Source: an uncultured Acidimicrobiaceae bacterium
GTDB lineage: Bacteria; Actinomycetota; Acidimicrobiia; Acidimicrobiales; Bog-793
Direction of reading: 5' to 3'
Assembly (NCBI GenBank): GCA_963761425.1
Contig: CAVXGQ010000005.1
Location: 452,699-516,698, forward strand
Length of the DNA: 64,000 bases
Part shown: in pieces, positions 46,975 to 57,598 of the stretch
How the letters are laid out: every line of letters starts with the position of its first letter
Position numbering within the stretch: the stretch's first letter is position 1
The notes under the pieces: model-generated
The model's database searches: none
Told to the model about the DNA's origin: nothing
The model's input: the letters and a program-made list of their open reading frames with translations, nothing else
Position numbers and translations under genes: made by a program

Positions 46975-47625
46975 CGGGCGTTCTGTGACGTCCTCCCGCT
47001 GAACCGGCTCTCCTGTCGCCAGGACGCGGGCCTCGCGATCGAGGTCGTCATGCTGCGCCGTGAGGTGACGGTGCTCCGACGTCAGTTGCACCGCCCAGCG
47101 CTGCAATCGGCCGACCGGGCGGTCCTCTCCGCCGATGGCGACTCCTTGCTCGCAGCCGGAAGGACCGCTGGTTCGTCCAGCCGGCCACCTGGTTGTGCTG
47201 GCCCCGAGACCTCGTCGCCAGGCACTGGACCTACCCACACCGCCGGCCCGGCCGACCACCACTCCCCGCGGGAACCACTGCGCTCGTCCTCCGGCTGGCC
47301 AAGGAGAACCCGGCCTGGGTTACTGGCGCATCCACGGCGAGCTCGCCACCAGGGGCATCCCGATCGCCCCGTCGAGCGATTCGTCGGCACCATCCGGCCC
47401 GAGGGCTTGGAGGGGATGCTCGTCCTCGAACGGCGCCACCTCGAGGTCGTGTTCGCCAAGTACGTCGAGCACGACAACTCGCACCCTCCCCACTAGTCTC
47501 TCAGCGAGCGCGCACCATCCAAGTCCGACACGACTCCCGTCCTCAACGGCGACGTCGACGCCGAACAGCTCCGACGAACCGACGTCTTGGGCCACCTCAT
47601 CCACGAGTATCGACTTGTCGCTTGA
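46975..47625 (+). pseudogene. IS481/IS3-like (rve integrase-core type) transposase remnant: frameshifts, internal deletion of the catalytic core, premature stop
   Basis: The pieces, in order, are: IEVVMLRREVTVLRRQL..ADRAVLSA; RWFVQPATWLCWPRDLVARHWTYPHRRPGRPP..LVLRLAKENPAW; GYWRIHGELATRGIPIAPSS, joined directly to ERFVGTIRPEGLEGMLVLERRHLEVVFAKYVEHDNSHPPH; a TAG stop; then RRTDVLGHLIHEYRLVA*. Confidence 0.75.
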
Positions 47626-47671
47626 GCTGGGCGGATGGGTTCTCGGCACCCACACCTCCGAGCGCCATCTG

Positions 47672-48682
47672 TCAGGGCTTCGTCGTGGCCCGTCGCGTCC
47701 TGGCTTCCCCAAGGCCGAGTGCAATGACATCGCGGCAAAGTCCGAGCGCCCCGAAACCGCCCCGTGACCTGCGGCAGAAGTCTCCACAGACCAGCTGCGA
47801 AAACAGCTTGCGCGAAGCGATGAGGCGATCCGAGGACTGATGGACGCTGGCGCGTCGCAAGCACCGAGCTGTGACTTTGGAGAAATACTCGATCGCGCGG
47901 GTGTTATGCGGATCGCTCGCGGCAACAAAGCTCCCGTAACTCTTGGCGAGGGCGGCCTTCTCGGCATAAGCGGTTGGCTCGATGCTGAATGCTGCCTTGA
48001 ACTTCTCGGCCGCACTGTAGGTTCGTGCCGGACCGGCGAAATTCATCTCGTGCTGGCGGTAGGAGACCAAGGCATCGCTTAGTTCGAGTCGGCGGCAACT
48101 CGTGAATGCCAGCAGTGATATCACTCCGTCGAAACCCGGTCCTCTCGGGTCGTCCGGGTTCGGCCGCTTCTCCCAGCAAGTCATTCTCAGCAACTCAGAC
48201 CGAAAGTACTGGGTGAAGCCTGGAGCGCACCACAACCAGTCACCCTCGAGCGGGTCGACGACACGCGTCCGCTTGTGGCAAGGGAAAAGCCGGCCCGTCG
48301 ACGCGAGGTCTTCGTCTGTGACCACAGCCGAATGGCTGATGAACTGCACATTGTGCATCGCCATCTGGTGCTCACAGATCTGCAGCTTCTTCGGATGCCA
48401 GACGTCGTCTTGGTCGCACCACGCGATGACCTCGGTGTTGGCATGTTGCGCCGCGGACCAGAAGTTCGCGTCCGGCCCCGCGTGAGGGCCATCGACGAGC
48501 GTCACATTGAAAGGAGCATCCCTGGCGAACTCCCGAACGATGGCAACCGTATCGTCGCTAGAACCGTCATCGGAGATAATCAGCTGATCTGGATGCCGCG
48601 TCTGCGCAGCGATGCTCTGGAGTTGCGCTGCGAGCCAGGCCTGCCCATTGAACGTCGCCATGATGACAGCAACGGTGGGCAA
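47672..48682 (-). CDS. Family 2 glycosyltransferase (island-borne)
   Basis: 336 aa. TTG start with GGAGG RBS. VIMATFNGQAWLAAQLQSIAAQT, ISDDGSSDDT and DQDDVWHPKK (DXD) motifs. AT-richer codon usage than the core genes. Confidence 0.8.
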   Translation of the reverse strand: MPTVAVIMATFNGQAWLAAQLQSIAAQTRHPDQLIISDDGSSDDTVAIVREFARDAPFNVTLVDGPHAGPDANFWSAAQHANTEVIAWCDQDDVWHPKKLQICEHQMAMHNVQFISHSAVVTDEDLASTGRLFPCHKRTRVVDPLEGDWLWCAPGFTQYFRSELLRMTCWEKRPNPDDPRGPGFDGVISLLAFTSCRRLELSDALVSYRQHEMNFAGPARTYSAAEKFKAAFSIEPTAYAEKAALAKSYGSFVAASDPHNTRAIEYFSKVTARCLRRASVHQSSDRLIASRKLFSQLVCGDFCRRSRGGFGALGLCRDVIALGLGEARTRRATTKP

Positions 48683-49438
48683 AGCGCTTTACCTCCGGCG
48701 AATATGTCCAGGTGACTTCTTAGCACGACGGGTATGCAAGTGCCGCAAGAAACGAACTGGAGGTTCCGTTCTGGTGATCATGACGAAACCGCCAGGTTCA
48801 CTCGGCAACGGCCATACATCGATGTCCGCGTCGCTGGGACGGTAGCCGACGGATGGCACGGTCCCTGGAATAGGAGTCTCGCCGACCTCGACGCAACCTC
48901 ACCGACCGCGCCGCCTCAGTCACCGAGCACTCTTGCGAGCAAACCTGCACCTGCGTGCGCATGTCCAGCTTCCAGGCATGCTCAAGGACCAGCGGCGGTG
49001 CGACGCCATCGTTGCAGCGAGTCAATGTGACACGGAAGTGTCAACACGAGCGGGCAGTCTTTGAACAGGACATTCGTGCAAGTCAGAGGCTGTCGCGCAG
49101 GTGCCTCGGCGAACTCTAGGACCACCGATCCGCAACGCAAGACGTGACCATTTGACCATTTATTGTCAGGAAGTCGACAGGATTCGTCCGAGTTTGAGCG
49201 AACGCGCCCGGAATTTCCCTTACGCGATGGCGAGATGGTGTTTTCGCGCCTTCAGGAGGTTGTTGACTGAACAGATGAAGCGCCACTCGCTCAGTGTTGC
49301 CTCACGAAGTCAGCGGCTCCTTGTCGTCGAGCTGGTAGTGGGTGCGGTTCGCTCACGCTGAGGCGTTTGTCTCGATCTTGATGTCGTCGGCAGGACTGTC
49401 GGGATTCATGCGACAGCCTCGTCAGACCCCAAAAGTGC

Positions 49439-49786
<348 letters not shown>

Positions 49787-50108
49787 GCAAACACCATTCT
49801 CGCGCTCAGGTTGGTCACGTGAACGATTCCGCAGGTCCGCCTCGCCGATCGCGACCACGGGTAGCCTTCGTCGCGTGATGCTCGACGGCGTGCCGCAGGA
49901 GCAGCGCTTCAACTTCGCGACCGACGACGCGGCGGCCGAGACCGCCGGTGACGAGTTGAAGCGGCGGATCGACGACGTCGTTGCCGCGGCCCATCGCGCG
50001 AAGCAGCATCGTGGGACCCAGCTCCCTTCTGGTCGCCGGACCAGCCGGCGCCCGGCGGGCGCCCGAATGCCGTCGGTCGGGTCCGGCGAAGCGGTCGCGG
50101 CGACCGAA

Positions 50109-51486
50109 ATGTCAGAGGGATCCGGCGAATCGGGGGTCGGTGAAGCGCTCTCCGTCACCAAGTTCTACGAACGGGTGAAGGCGGCGCTCGCCCGCGAGTT
50201 CACCGAGGAGGTCTGGGTCATCGGGGAGATTCGCGGCTTGCGGGAAAGCCGCGGTCACCACTACATCGAGCTGGCCGACGAGTCCGCCGACCAGGCCGAA
50301 CGCGGCGTCGCGCAGCTCGAAGTCGTCTGCTGGGCGCGTGACTGGCCGCCAGTCGCCCAGGCGCTCGCCGAGGCAGGCGTCGCGCTGGAGCCCGGCCGCG
50401 TGGTACGGGTGCGGGGGCGCGTCTCAGTCTGGGAGGGCGGCAGCAAGCTGCGTTTCACCCTGACCGAGCTGGACATCGAGGCGCTGCTCGGCGGGATCGC
50501 GGCGGCGCGTCGCCGGTTGCTCCACACCCTCGAGGTCGAAGGCCTGCTCCGCGCCAACCAGCGGCTCGAGCTGTCGTTGGTGCCGCTCCGGATCGGGGTT
50601 GTCACCAGCCCCGGTTCCGAGGCCCACCGGGACTTCGTCGGCCAGCTGGCCCGCTCCGGATTCGCCTTCGAGGTCTTCTTCAAACCCACGCTGGTCCAGG
50701 GGCCGGAGGCGCCGGAGCAGATTGCCGCCGCCCTCGGGCGCCTGGGGTCGGCGCCCATCGATCTCGCGGTGGTCGTGCGGGGCGGGGGAGCGCGGGGTGA
50801 CCTGGCGGCGTTCGACTCCGAACCGGTCGCGCCGCGCCATCGCCACGGCCGGATTCCCGGTGTGGACGGGGATTGGCCACACCGGAGACCGCTCGGTCGC
50901 CGACGAGGTGGCGCACCAGGCGATGATCACGCCGACCCAGTGCGGCGAGGCGGTGGTCGCCCGGGTGGCCGAGTACGTGGGTGAGATCGAGCGCAAGGCA
51001 GACGTGCTCACCGGGCTCGCCCGCGCCAGGCTCGACTCGGCCGCTTACCAGCTGGCGGTAGGTGTCGCCGGTCTCGCCCGCGGCGCGCGTCACCAGCTGG
51101 AACGGAAGTCGGTCGAGCTCGGAGCTGCCGGCCTGGAGCTTGCCCGGGTCATGGTGGCGCGGCTGCGCCGGGAAGCGGTCGGGCTGAAGGATCGGGTGGG
51201 GCTGCTGGGGGCGCTGACGCGCCGGTCGATGGCGTCCCACGAGAGCGAGCTGACCAGGAAACGGCAAGTGCTCCGGGCTTTCGACCCCCTCCGTCAGCTC
51301 CAGCGGGGCTGGACCTTGACCAGCGACGCTGACGGGCGACCGGTGCGGTCCGAGGCGGAGGTCGGGGTGGGGGAGCGGATCACCACGCGTTTCGTCGATG
51401 GCGAGGCGCTCTCCCTGGTCGAATCGACCCGACCCTCCGCCGCCGTGCCGAAGACGAGACGAAGAACGGGTGGAAAACGACCATGA
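50109..51486 (+). CDS. xseA: Exodeoxyribonuclease VII large subunit XseA (apparent +1 frameshift near 50832)
   Basis: Frame 0 holds LSVTKFYERVKAAL..VWVIGEIRGL..GHHYIEL..IGVVTSPGSEAHRDF..VVRGGGARGDLAAFDSEPVA. Frame 1 holds RAIATAGFPVWTGIGHTGDRSVADEVAH.. plus the coiled-coil C-terminus. Start uncertain (ATG 50109, or upstream). Confidence 0.85.
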
Positions 51487-51767
51487 CCGAAGAGGATAAG
51501 GACCAGGTGGAAGCGATCCCGGTCGGCGATCTCAGTTACGCGGCCGCCGCTGCCGAGCTGGAAGCCATCGTGCAGGAGCTCGACGAAGGACTCGTCGACG
51601 TCGACGTGCTCGAAGTGCGCTTCCGGCGGGCGATCGAGATCATCGAGGAGCTCGATCGGAGGATCCGCGGCACGCGCAAGAACGTCGACGCCCTGATGCC
51701 AAGGTTGGCCGCGATCGGCGAAGACGGTTCGACGGACTCCGGGGAGGGGGCGGCCCGCCGGCCCTGA
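51483..51767 (+). CDS. xseB: Exodeoxyribonuclease VII small subunit XseB
   Basis: 94 aa. ATGA overlap with xseA. LSYAAAAAELEAIVQELDEG..DVDVLEVRFRRAIEIIEEL. Confidence 0.88.
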   Translation: MTEEDKDQVEAIPVGDLSYAAAAAELEAIVQELDEGLVDVDVLEVRFRRAIEIIEELDRRIRGTRKNVDALMPRLAAIGEDGSTDSGEGAARRP

Positions 51768-51814
51768 GGCATCCGGCGCGTCGGGCTGCGCCCCGGGCCA
51801 CGTAGTCTCGGCTC

Positions 51815-53014
51815 GTGCTTGGTTCGGTAGTCGTCGTAGGAGCCTCGGTCGCCGGTTTGAAAGCGTGCGAGGGCTTACGTCACGGCGGCTTCGACGGTTC
51901 GATCACGCTGGTTGGTGCCGAGTCCCACCTGCCCTACGACCGGCCGCCCCTTTCCAAGCAATTCCTGGCCGGCACCTTCGGCATCGACCGTCTGTCCCTG
52001 ATCTCCCCGGCCAGGTTCGAAGCCCTCGAGCTCCAGTTCTTGCTGGGCGAGCGGGCCCGCGCCCTCGATCTCGCGGCCCGGGTGGTCGCGCTGGAATCCG
52101 GTTCCGAGCTGAGCTTCGACGGTCTGGTGGTCGCGACCGGTGCAACCCCCCGCACCCTGCGCGGGGCGGGGGATCTGGCCGGGATCGTCACCCTGCGGGG
52201 GGTTGAGGACGCCCGCCGCCTGCGAGCCCTGCTCGGGGTGGGAGGCGTGCGGCTGGTCGTCGTCGGCGGAGGATTCCTCGGCATGGAGGTCGCCGCGACG
52301 GCACGGGGACTCGGCGCCGAGGTGACCGTCGTCGAGCCACTGGCCGCCCCCCTTGTCCGCGTCGTCGGCCCGCTGGTCGGGCGGGCAATCGCCGAGATCC
52401 ACGCCGACCACGGCGTCCAGGTGCGGACCGGGATGGGCGTCGAGAGTTTCGTCGGGCACGGTCGGGTCGAAGGGGTCCGTTTGGAGGACGGCTCGATCGT
52501 CACGGCCGACGTGGTGCTGGTCGCGGTGGGCGTCGTTCCGGAGACGGCCTGGCTGGACCGTTCCGGGCTGGAGCTGGCCGACGGCGTGGTGTGCGAGTCG
52601 TCACTCTTCGCAGCCCCCGGCGTGGTCGCGGCCGGTGATATCGCCCGCTGGCCCCACCCGCTGGCCGGGGGAAGGATCCGGCTCGAACACCGAACCAACG
52701 CCGCGGAACAAGGTGCCCACGCCGCGTCCAGCCTGCTCGCCGGGAAGGCCGCGACGGCCTTCACCTCGGTGCCGTACTTCTGGTCCGACCAGTTCGAGGT
52801 GAAGATCCAGGCGATCGGCCTTCCCGACTCGGGCGACGACGTGCACGTCGTCGCCGGGTCGATCGCCGAGCGGCGTTTCGTCGCCTGCTATGGGCGCAAC
52901 GGTCGCCTCTCCGGCGTGGTCGGGTTCAACAGCCCCCGCCAGCTCATGGGCTTCCGGGCGTTGCTCGACCGGCAGGCGACCATCGACGAGGCGCTCGGGC
53001 TCGAGGTGGCCTGA
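51815..53014 (+). CDS. FAD-dependent pyridine nucleotide-disulfide oxidoreductase (ferredoxin reductase-like)
   Basis: 399 aa. VVVVGASVAGL and VVVGGGFLGMEVAA dinucleotide folds, AAGDIA motif, C-terminal reductase dimerisation domain. Confidence 0.85.
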   Translation: MLGSVVVVGASVAGLKACEGLRHGGFDGSITLVGAESHLPYDRPPLSKQFLAGTFGIDRLSLISPARFEALELQFLLGERARALDLAARVVALESGSELSFDGLVVATGATPRTLRGAGDLAGIVTLRGVEDARRLRALLGVGGVRLVVVGGGFLGMEVAATARGLGAEVTVVEPLAAPLVRVVGPLVGRAIAEIHADHGVQVRTGMGVESFVGHGRVEGVRLEDGSIVTADVVLVAVGVVPETAWLDRSGLELADGVVCESSLFAAPGVVAAGDIARWPHPLAGGRIRLEHRTNAAEQGAHAASSLLAGKAATAFTSVPYFWSDQFEVKIQAIGLPDSGDDVHVVAGSIAERRFVACYGRNGRLSGVVGFNSPRQLMGFRALLDRQATIDEALGLEVA

Positions 53015-53022
53015 ACGCTCCC

Positions 53023-54463
53023 TCAGAACGAGATCGCCGACATCGCCGGCACCGTTCGGAGGGCGCGAGCCCGCGCCTCGAGCCAGCGCTCGCGGTCGAG
53101 CCGGCGGGCCGGCTCGACGAGCGGCCCGTGGCGGGCAGTCGAGGCGGCCTCCGCCAGCGAGCTCCACACGCCGGTCGCGGTGCCGGCAAGAAAGGCGGCG
53201 CCGAGCGTGGTGGCATCCCGGACGAGCGCCGGAGCGACTGGGCGTTGGAGTGCGTCGGCGAGGAGTTGAAGGAAGGTCGTGTTCGCGGTCATCCCCCCGT
53301 CGACTCGCAGGACGGAGACCTCGACATCCCCGTCCATCTGGGCGGCATCGAGAAGGTCGGCGCTGCGGTGGGCGATGCCCTCGAGAACGGCCCGGACCAG
53401 TTCGGCGCGTGAGGTCGAGGCGTCGAGACCGATGAAGGTGCCACGTGCCCCGAAGTCCCAGACCGGCGTCCCGAGGCCACCGAGAGCCGGGACGAAGACC
53501 ACGCCACCGGCGTCGGGGACCGATCCGGCGATCTCATCCGACTCCGCGGCGTCGCCGATCAGCCCCAGGCCGGCGCGCAGCCATTCGATGCAGGATCCCG
53601 CCGAGAGCATGATCGCCTCGATGCCCCAAGTGACCTGGCCGGATTCGCGCCAGGCGACGATGGGGAACGTCCCGTGATCGCCCCGGGCGATGAACGCCGG
53701 GCGCGCCGCGGTGACGCAGTCGAGCATGCCGCCCGTGCCGAAGGTCGCCTTGGCCTCACCGGGCCGGAGACACGCCTGCCCGACGAGCGAGGACTGCTGG
53801 TCGCCGACCAGTCCGGCGATCGGTGGCTCCCCGGGAAGAGCGGAAGCGGTGGCGACGACGCCGGTCGAGTCGACGATCCGTGGGAGCATGGAGCGCGGGA
53901 TGCGCAGCTCGGCTAGCACATGGTCGTCCCAGTCGGAATCATCATCGAGGACGAGACCCGTGACCGCCGCGTTCGACGCGTCGGTCACGTGCGCGGCGCC
54001 GCGGGAGAGCATCCACGTGAGGTAGCACTCCACGGTCCCGAAACACAGGTCGCGGGACCGATCGGCGTCGAAAAGATCGAGAAGATAGGCCAGCTTGGTC
54101 GCCGACTGGTTCGGGGTGAGCCGGAAGCCTCGGGCCGCCAGGGCGAGGCAGTGGCCGGCGGTGCGCAGGTCCTGCCAGGAGATGCCGGGGGCGATCGGGT
54201 CCCCGCTGGATCGGTTCCAGACGATGGTGGAGGCCCGTTGGGCGGTGATTCCCACCGCCCGCACCGGTTCGCCAGCTTCGAGAGCGGAAGTCGCGACCTC
54301 GATGGACGCGCGCCGCCAGTTCAGCCGCGTCAAACTCGGCGACACCCGCCGCCGGGCGCAGATCGGACAGGTGGCGCTGGTGCAGGTGGGCGAGCGATCC
54401 ATCCGGCCGGACGAGGGCGGCTCGCACCGAGCTCGAACCGACGTCGATGACGAGGACAGTCAT
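53023..54463 (-). CDS. FGGY-family carbohydrate kinase (glycerol kinase-like) (apparent +1 frameshift near 54310)
   Basis: MTVLVIDVGSSSVRAAL..AEFDAAELAA is in one frame. ASIEVATSALEAG..GITAQRASTIVW..ATFGTGGM..VFVPALGGLGTPVWD..RVDGGMTAN is in the next. Confidence 0.8.
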
Positions 54464-54741
54464 CGTCTGGTGGACCGCTCCACGGCCACACAGTGTGGCA
54501 CAGAGCGCGGGAGCCGTCTCGCTGCGCGGTCGGCGGGGTGAAGGCCCTCTCTTTACATCCCCGGGTCGGCTACGGCACAATGGTTTTGCATTCGCGCTGC
54601 GGGCAGTTGCGCGCGCCTCTCGAGACCTTCGACCTGGAGCCCTGCGCGGGGACGTTCTCGCTCGAACGTGTCACGGCAACCGCGTCGGTCACGGCAGGGA
54701 ATGGGTGCAGGAACGCGGCAGACCGAGAAAGTGATTGTTTT

Positions 54742-54972
54742 ATGAAGGCGACGTGGCGGCAGCGAGCGGCATGCCGGGGACTCGACCCGGAAGTCTTCTA
54801 CCCCCTCTCGGACGAAGAGGCCGAGGAAGCGAAGGCCGTCTGTGAGCGGTGCCAGGTTCGCCAGATGTGCCTCGAGCATGCCCTGGTCCACCGCGAGCGG
54901 GAAGGGGTGTGGGGAGGCCTTACCGACCGCGAACGCCGTCGCATGCTGCGTCAACGCCAGAAGTCGGCCTGA
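54742..54972 (+). CDS. whiB: WhiB-family (Wbl) Fe-S transcription factor
   Basis: 76 aa. C-X(n)-C-X2-C-X5-C (AACRG..VCERCQVRQMC) and GVWGG turn with a basic tail. Confidence 0.9.
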   Translation: MKATWRQRAACRGLDPEVFYPLSDEEAEEAKAVCERCQVRQMCLEHALVHREREGVWGGLTDRERRRMLRQRQKSA

Positions 54973-55584
54973 CAGTACCAACGGCCGGCCGAGGCGCCGT
55001 TTCGACGGTCGCCGCCCGGGTCACCGGACCACCAGTCCTGTCGGACGCACCCCCGCTTGCGCCGTCGGCACCGACGCCGCGTACCGGCAAGGCCCGGCCG
55101 GTTACCACTGTGCGTGATGAGGACGGACGGCGCGTTTGAACTAAGCCAAAGCTCACTTGTGCCACCTGAAATGGCGCCAGACATGTCTTTGACCCGGTCG
55201 TACCGGGGCACAAGATGGCCTCATGGTAAGGCGCGCCAGGCCACAGGATTACGGAGAGTGGCAATGGGGCGCCTCGCCGACTGCCCCGTTTGCGTCAAGT
55301 GCCCGTGACGGTGGTTCTACCGGTCAGGTGATCGTGCACGCCGACACCGCCGCCGTGGCCTGCCGAAAACCGCGCCGGCCAACCGGTGGGACGGGCTCGG
55401 GAGGGCTCGTCGTCCGGGACACCGGTTGGGCTGGCCTGCTCGACCGACCCCCGACGGACCAGACGGGACCGCCCGCCGTGATCAGCCGGGCCCTTTCCGT
55501 CGTGCCCGTCGGTCGCTCAACAACCACCCCGGCGGTGCCGTTAGGAGTGAGATTCGTGAGGAGATTGGGGTTCGTGAGGGGAAG

Positions 55585-55812
55585 ATGTCCGTGACTAGGG
55601 CCGTTTTGATCGGACGAGAGAACCCACCGGGTTCGCGCCGTGCCCTCCGGCCGGTCCGATTCCATGACGGCGCAGCGGCGACGATGGCCGTCGCGGCGTC
55701 CGGTGGCATTCCCCGGTGCCGCCGGTTCGCCGCGACGGCCCTTGGTGCGGTGGGGGAGAGGTTCGTGGCCCGGTCCCCGGGCTCCTCGTCGGCCGAGCAC
55801 TCCTCGGGCTGA
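55585..55812 (+). CDS. Possible small ORF translationally coupled to the HD-GYP gene (very uncertain)
   Basis: ATG at 55585 preceded by GAGGGGAAG. 75 codons, with the stop 2 nt before the ATG at 55815. No recognisable domain, and the composition is Arg/Ala/Gly-biased. Confidence 0.15.
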   Translation: MSVTRAVLIGRENPPGSRRALRPVRFHDGAAATMAVAASGGIPRCRRFAATALGAVGERFVARSPGSSSAEHSSG

Positions 55813-55814
55813 CC

Positions 55815-57404
55815 ATGGCACGGCGCGGGGAAGCCGACCAGAACCGTGACGAGGGCGAAGCCGTGCTCCGCTCGGTTTTCGACACGCTGCTCGACCCGGT
55901 CTTCATTCTGGCTGCCCGTCGCGACCCTTCGGGTGCGATCGTCGATTTCGAGTACCGCTACGCGAACGCAGCAGGTCTCCGTTTGTACCACCGGACCCCC
56001 GAGGAGCTGTTCAACCGTGGCGAGCTGGAGCTTTTCGCTTCGCATCGCGATCTCGGGGTGATGGACCGCTACCTGCGCGTATTTGCCACGGCCGAGCCCG
56101 AGCACTACGAGACCACTTGGTCGGAGAACCACGGTCTGGTGGGGGCCTTCGAGACCTCGGTGGCCAGGTTCCGCGACGGTCTGGTCGTCAACAGTCGGGT
56201 GATCACCGATCAGACCCGGGCGGAGCGAGCGCTTTCCAACGCCGCCCAGTCCTTGCGGACTTTCGTCGCCGCCAGCGAGACGGTTGTGCATGCCCAGGAC
56301 GAGACCGAGCTGCTCGACGACGTGTGCCGGATTCTCGTCGAGGAAGGTGGCTACCAGTTCGCCTGGGTGGCGGTGCCCTCCTCCGAGGACCCTTCCGAAC
56401 TGGCCTCGCTCGCCCATCACGGGGAGGTGGGTCGCGAGTACTTCGACGCTATCCACGCCACCTCTCGCGGACTCGTGGAGGGGATCGGGCCAGTCATCGA
56501 GACCATCCGGTCGGGTCGGATCCAGTACCTCGCCGACGTGGAGGCACTCCCGGAGTCGGATCCCTGGCGCCAGATCGCCCTCGGGTACCACACCCACGCC
56601 GTCGTGGCGCTCCCTCTCTTCCTCGGGGAGGCGGTGTCGGGTTCGATCGGCATCTTCTCCAAGGACGCCGGCGCCTTCGATCCCGACACGATCAGGCTGT
56701 TCCAGGAGCTCGTGACCGAGATCGAATTCGGGATCGCCACTTTGCAGGACCGCGCCAGGAGCCAGCAGAACCTCGAACAGCTGGCGGCCACCCTGGAGGC
56801 TGCCGTCGGGGCGGTGGCCGCCAGCACCGAGTTCGACCCCTACATCGCCGGGCACCAGCGGAGCGTCGCCAAGATCGCCGTCACGATCGCCGAAGAGCTG
56901 AATCTCGACGCCGACACGACGAAGGGCATCGAGGTCGCCGCGATGATCCATGACATCGGCAAGATCGTGGTGCCGGCGCAGATCCTCTCCAAGCCGGCCA
57001 AGCTGAGCGCGGCCGAGTTCGAGCTGATCAAGGTCCACCCCCAGGCGGGCGTCGACATCATCGCCGGAATCGACTTCCCGTGGCCGGTGGCGCGGACGAT
57101 CTTGCAGCACCACGAGCGACTCGACGGCAGCGGGTATCCGTTGGGCCTTAAAGGTGAGGAGATCGATATCGCCGCCCGGGTCCTCATGGTGGCTGACGTC
57201 CTCGAGGCGATGACCTCGCCCCGTCCGTACCGGCCGGCGGCGAGCGTCGCTGACGCGCTGGCCGAGATCGAAAAGCAGCGCGGCGCCCAGTTCGATCCGG
57301 ACGTGGTCGCGGCGTGCTTGCGGCTCTACTCCGGGATGAAGCGGCGCCGGTTCGACGGGGATCCCGGCTACTGGTTCCCGACGGCGACGGCAGTCGCCTT
57401 CTAG
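55815..57404 (+). CDS. PAS-GAF-HD-GYP signalling protein (putative c-di-GMP phosphodiesterase)
   Basis: N-terminal PAS-like region, central GAF (GYQFAWVAV..GSIGIFS), C-terminal HDIGKIVVP and HHERLDGSGYP motifs. An alternative GTG start lies at 55716. Confidence 0.85.
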   Translation: MARRGEADQNRDEGEAVLRSVFDTLLDPVFILAARRDPSGAIVDFEYRYANAAGLRLYHRTPEELFNRGELELFASHRDLGVMDRYLRVFATAEPEHYETTWSENHGLVGAFETSVARFRDGLVVNSRVITDQTRAERALSNAAQSLRTFVAASETVVHAQDETELLDDVCRILVEEGGYQFAWVAVPSSEDPSELASLAHHGEVGREYFDAIHATSRGLVEGIGPVIETIRSGRIQYLADVEALPESDPWRQIALGYHTHAVVALPLFLGEAVSGSIGIFSKDAGAFDPDTIRLFQELVTEIEFGIATLQDRARSQQNLEQLAATLEAAVGAVAASTEFDPYIAGHQRSVAKIAVTIAEELNLDADTTKGIEVAAMIHDIGKIVVPAQILSKPAKLSAAEFELIKVHPQAGVDIIAGIDFPWPVARTILQHHERLDGSGYPLGLKGEEIDIAARVLMVADVLEAMTSPRPYRPAASVADALAEIEKQRGAQFDPDVVAACLRLYSGMKRRRFDGDPGYWFPTATAVAF

Positions 57405-57598
57405 GCCAACCGAACAGCTCGCTTCCTCCGGCCGAGCCAGAACGAAGCGACGGGTTCCGCGAGCGGCGCGACCTGAGCGGGCCCGGAACCTCGGGATGGC
57501 CGGGGCCGGGCGTCTCCGGGAGACTCTGCGCCGCGACGCCGAAACCACTGCGGGCGCGGTATCGGCGCGCCTGACGTCACACCCTGGTCAACCGGTTG

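Noticed and set aside
48683-49438. Search for an integrase or excisionase next to the rnpB 3' end
   Set aside because: There are only short ORFs (under 100 aa) without R..HxxR..Y or HTH signatures. A faint '..NRTHYQLDD' peptide is too weak to call a tyrosine recombinase remnant.
55482-57548. 688-aa minus-strand ORF
   Set aside because: It is antisense to the PAS-GAF-HD-GYP gene, which has HDIGK and HHERLDGSGYP motifs.
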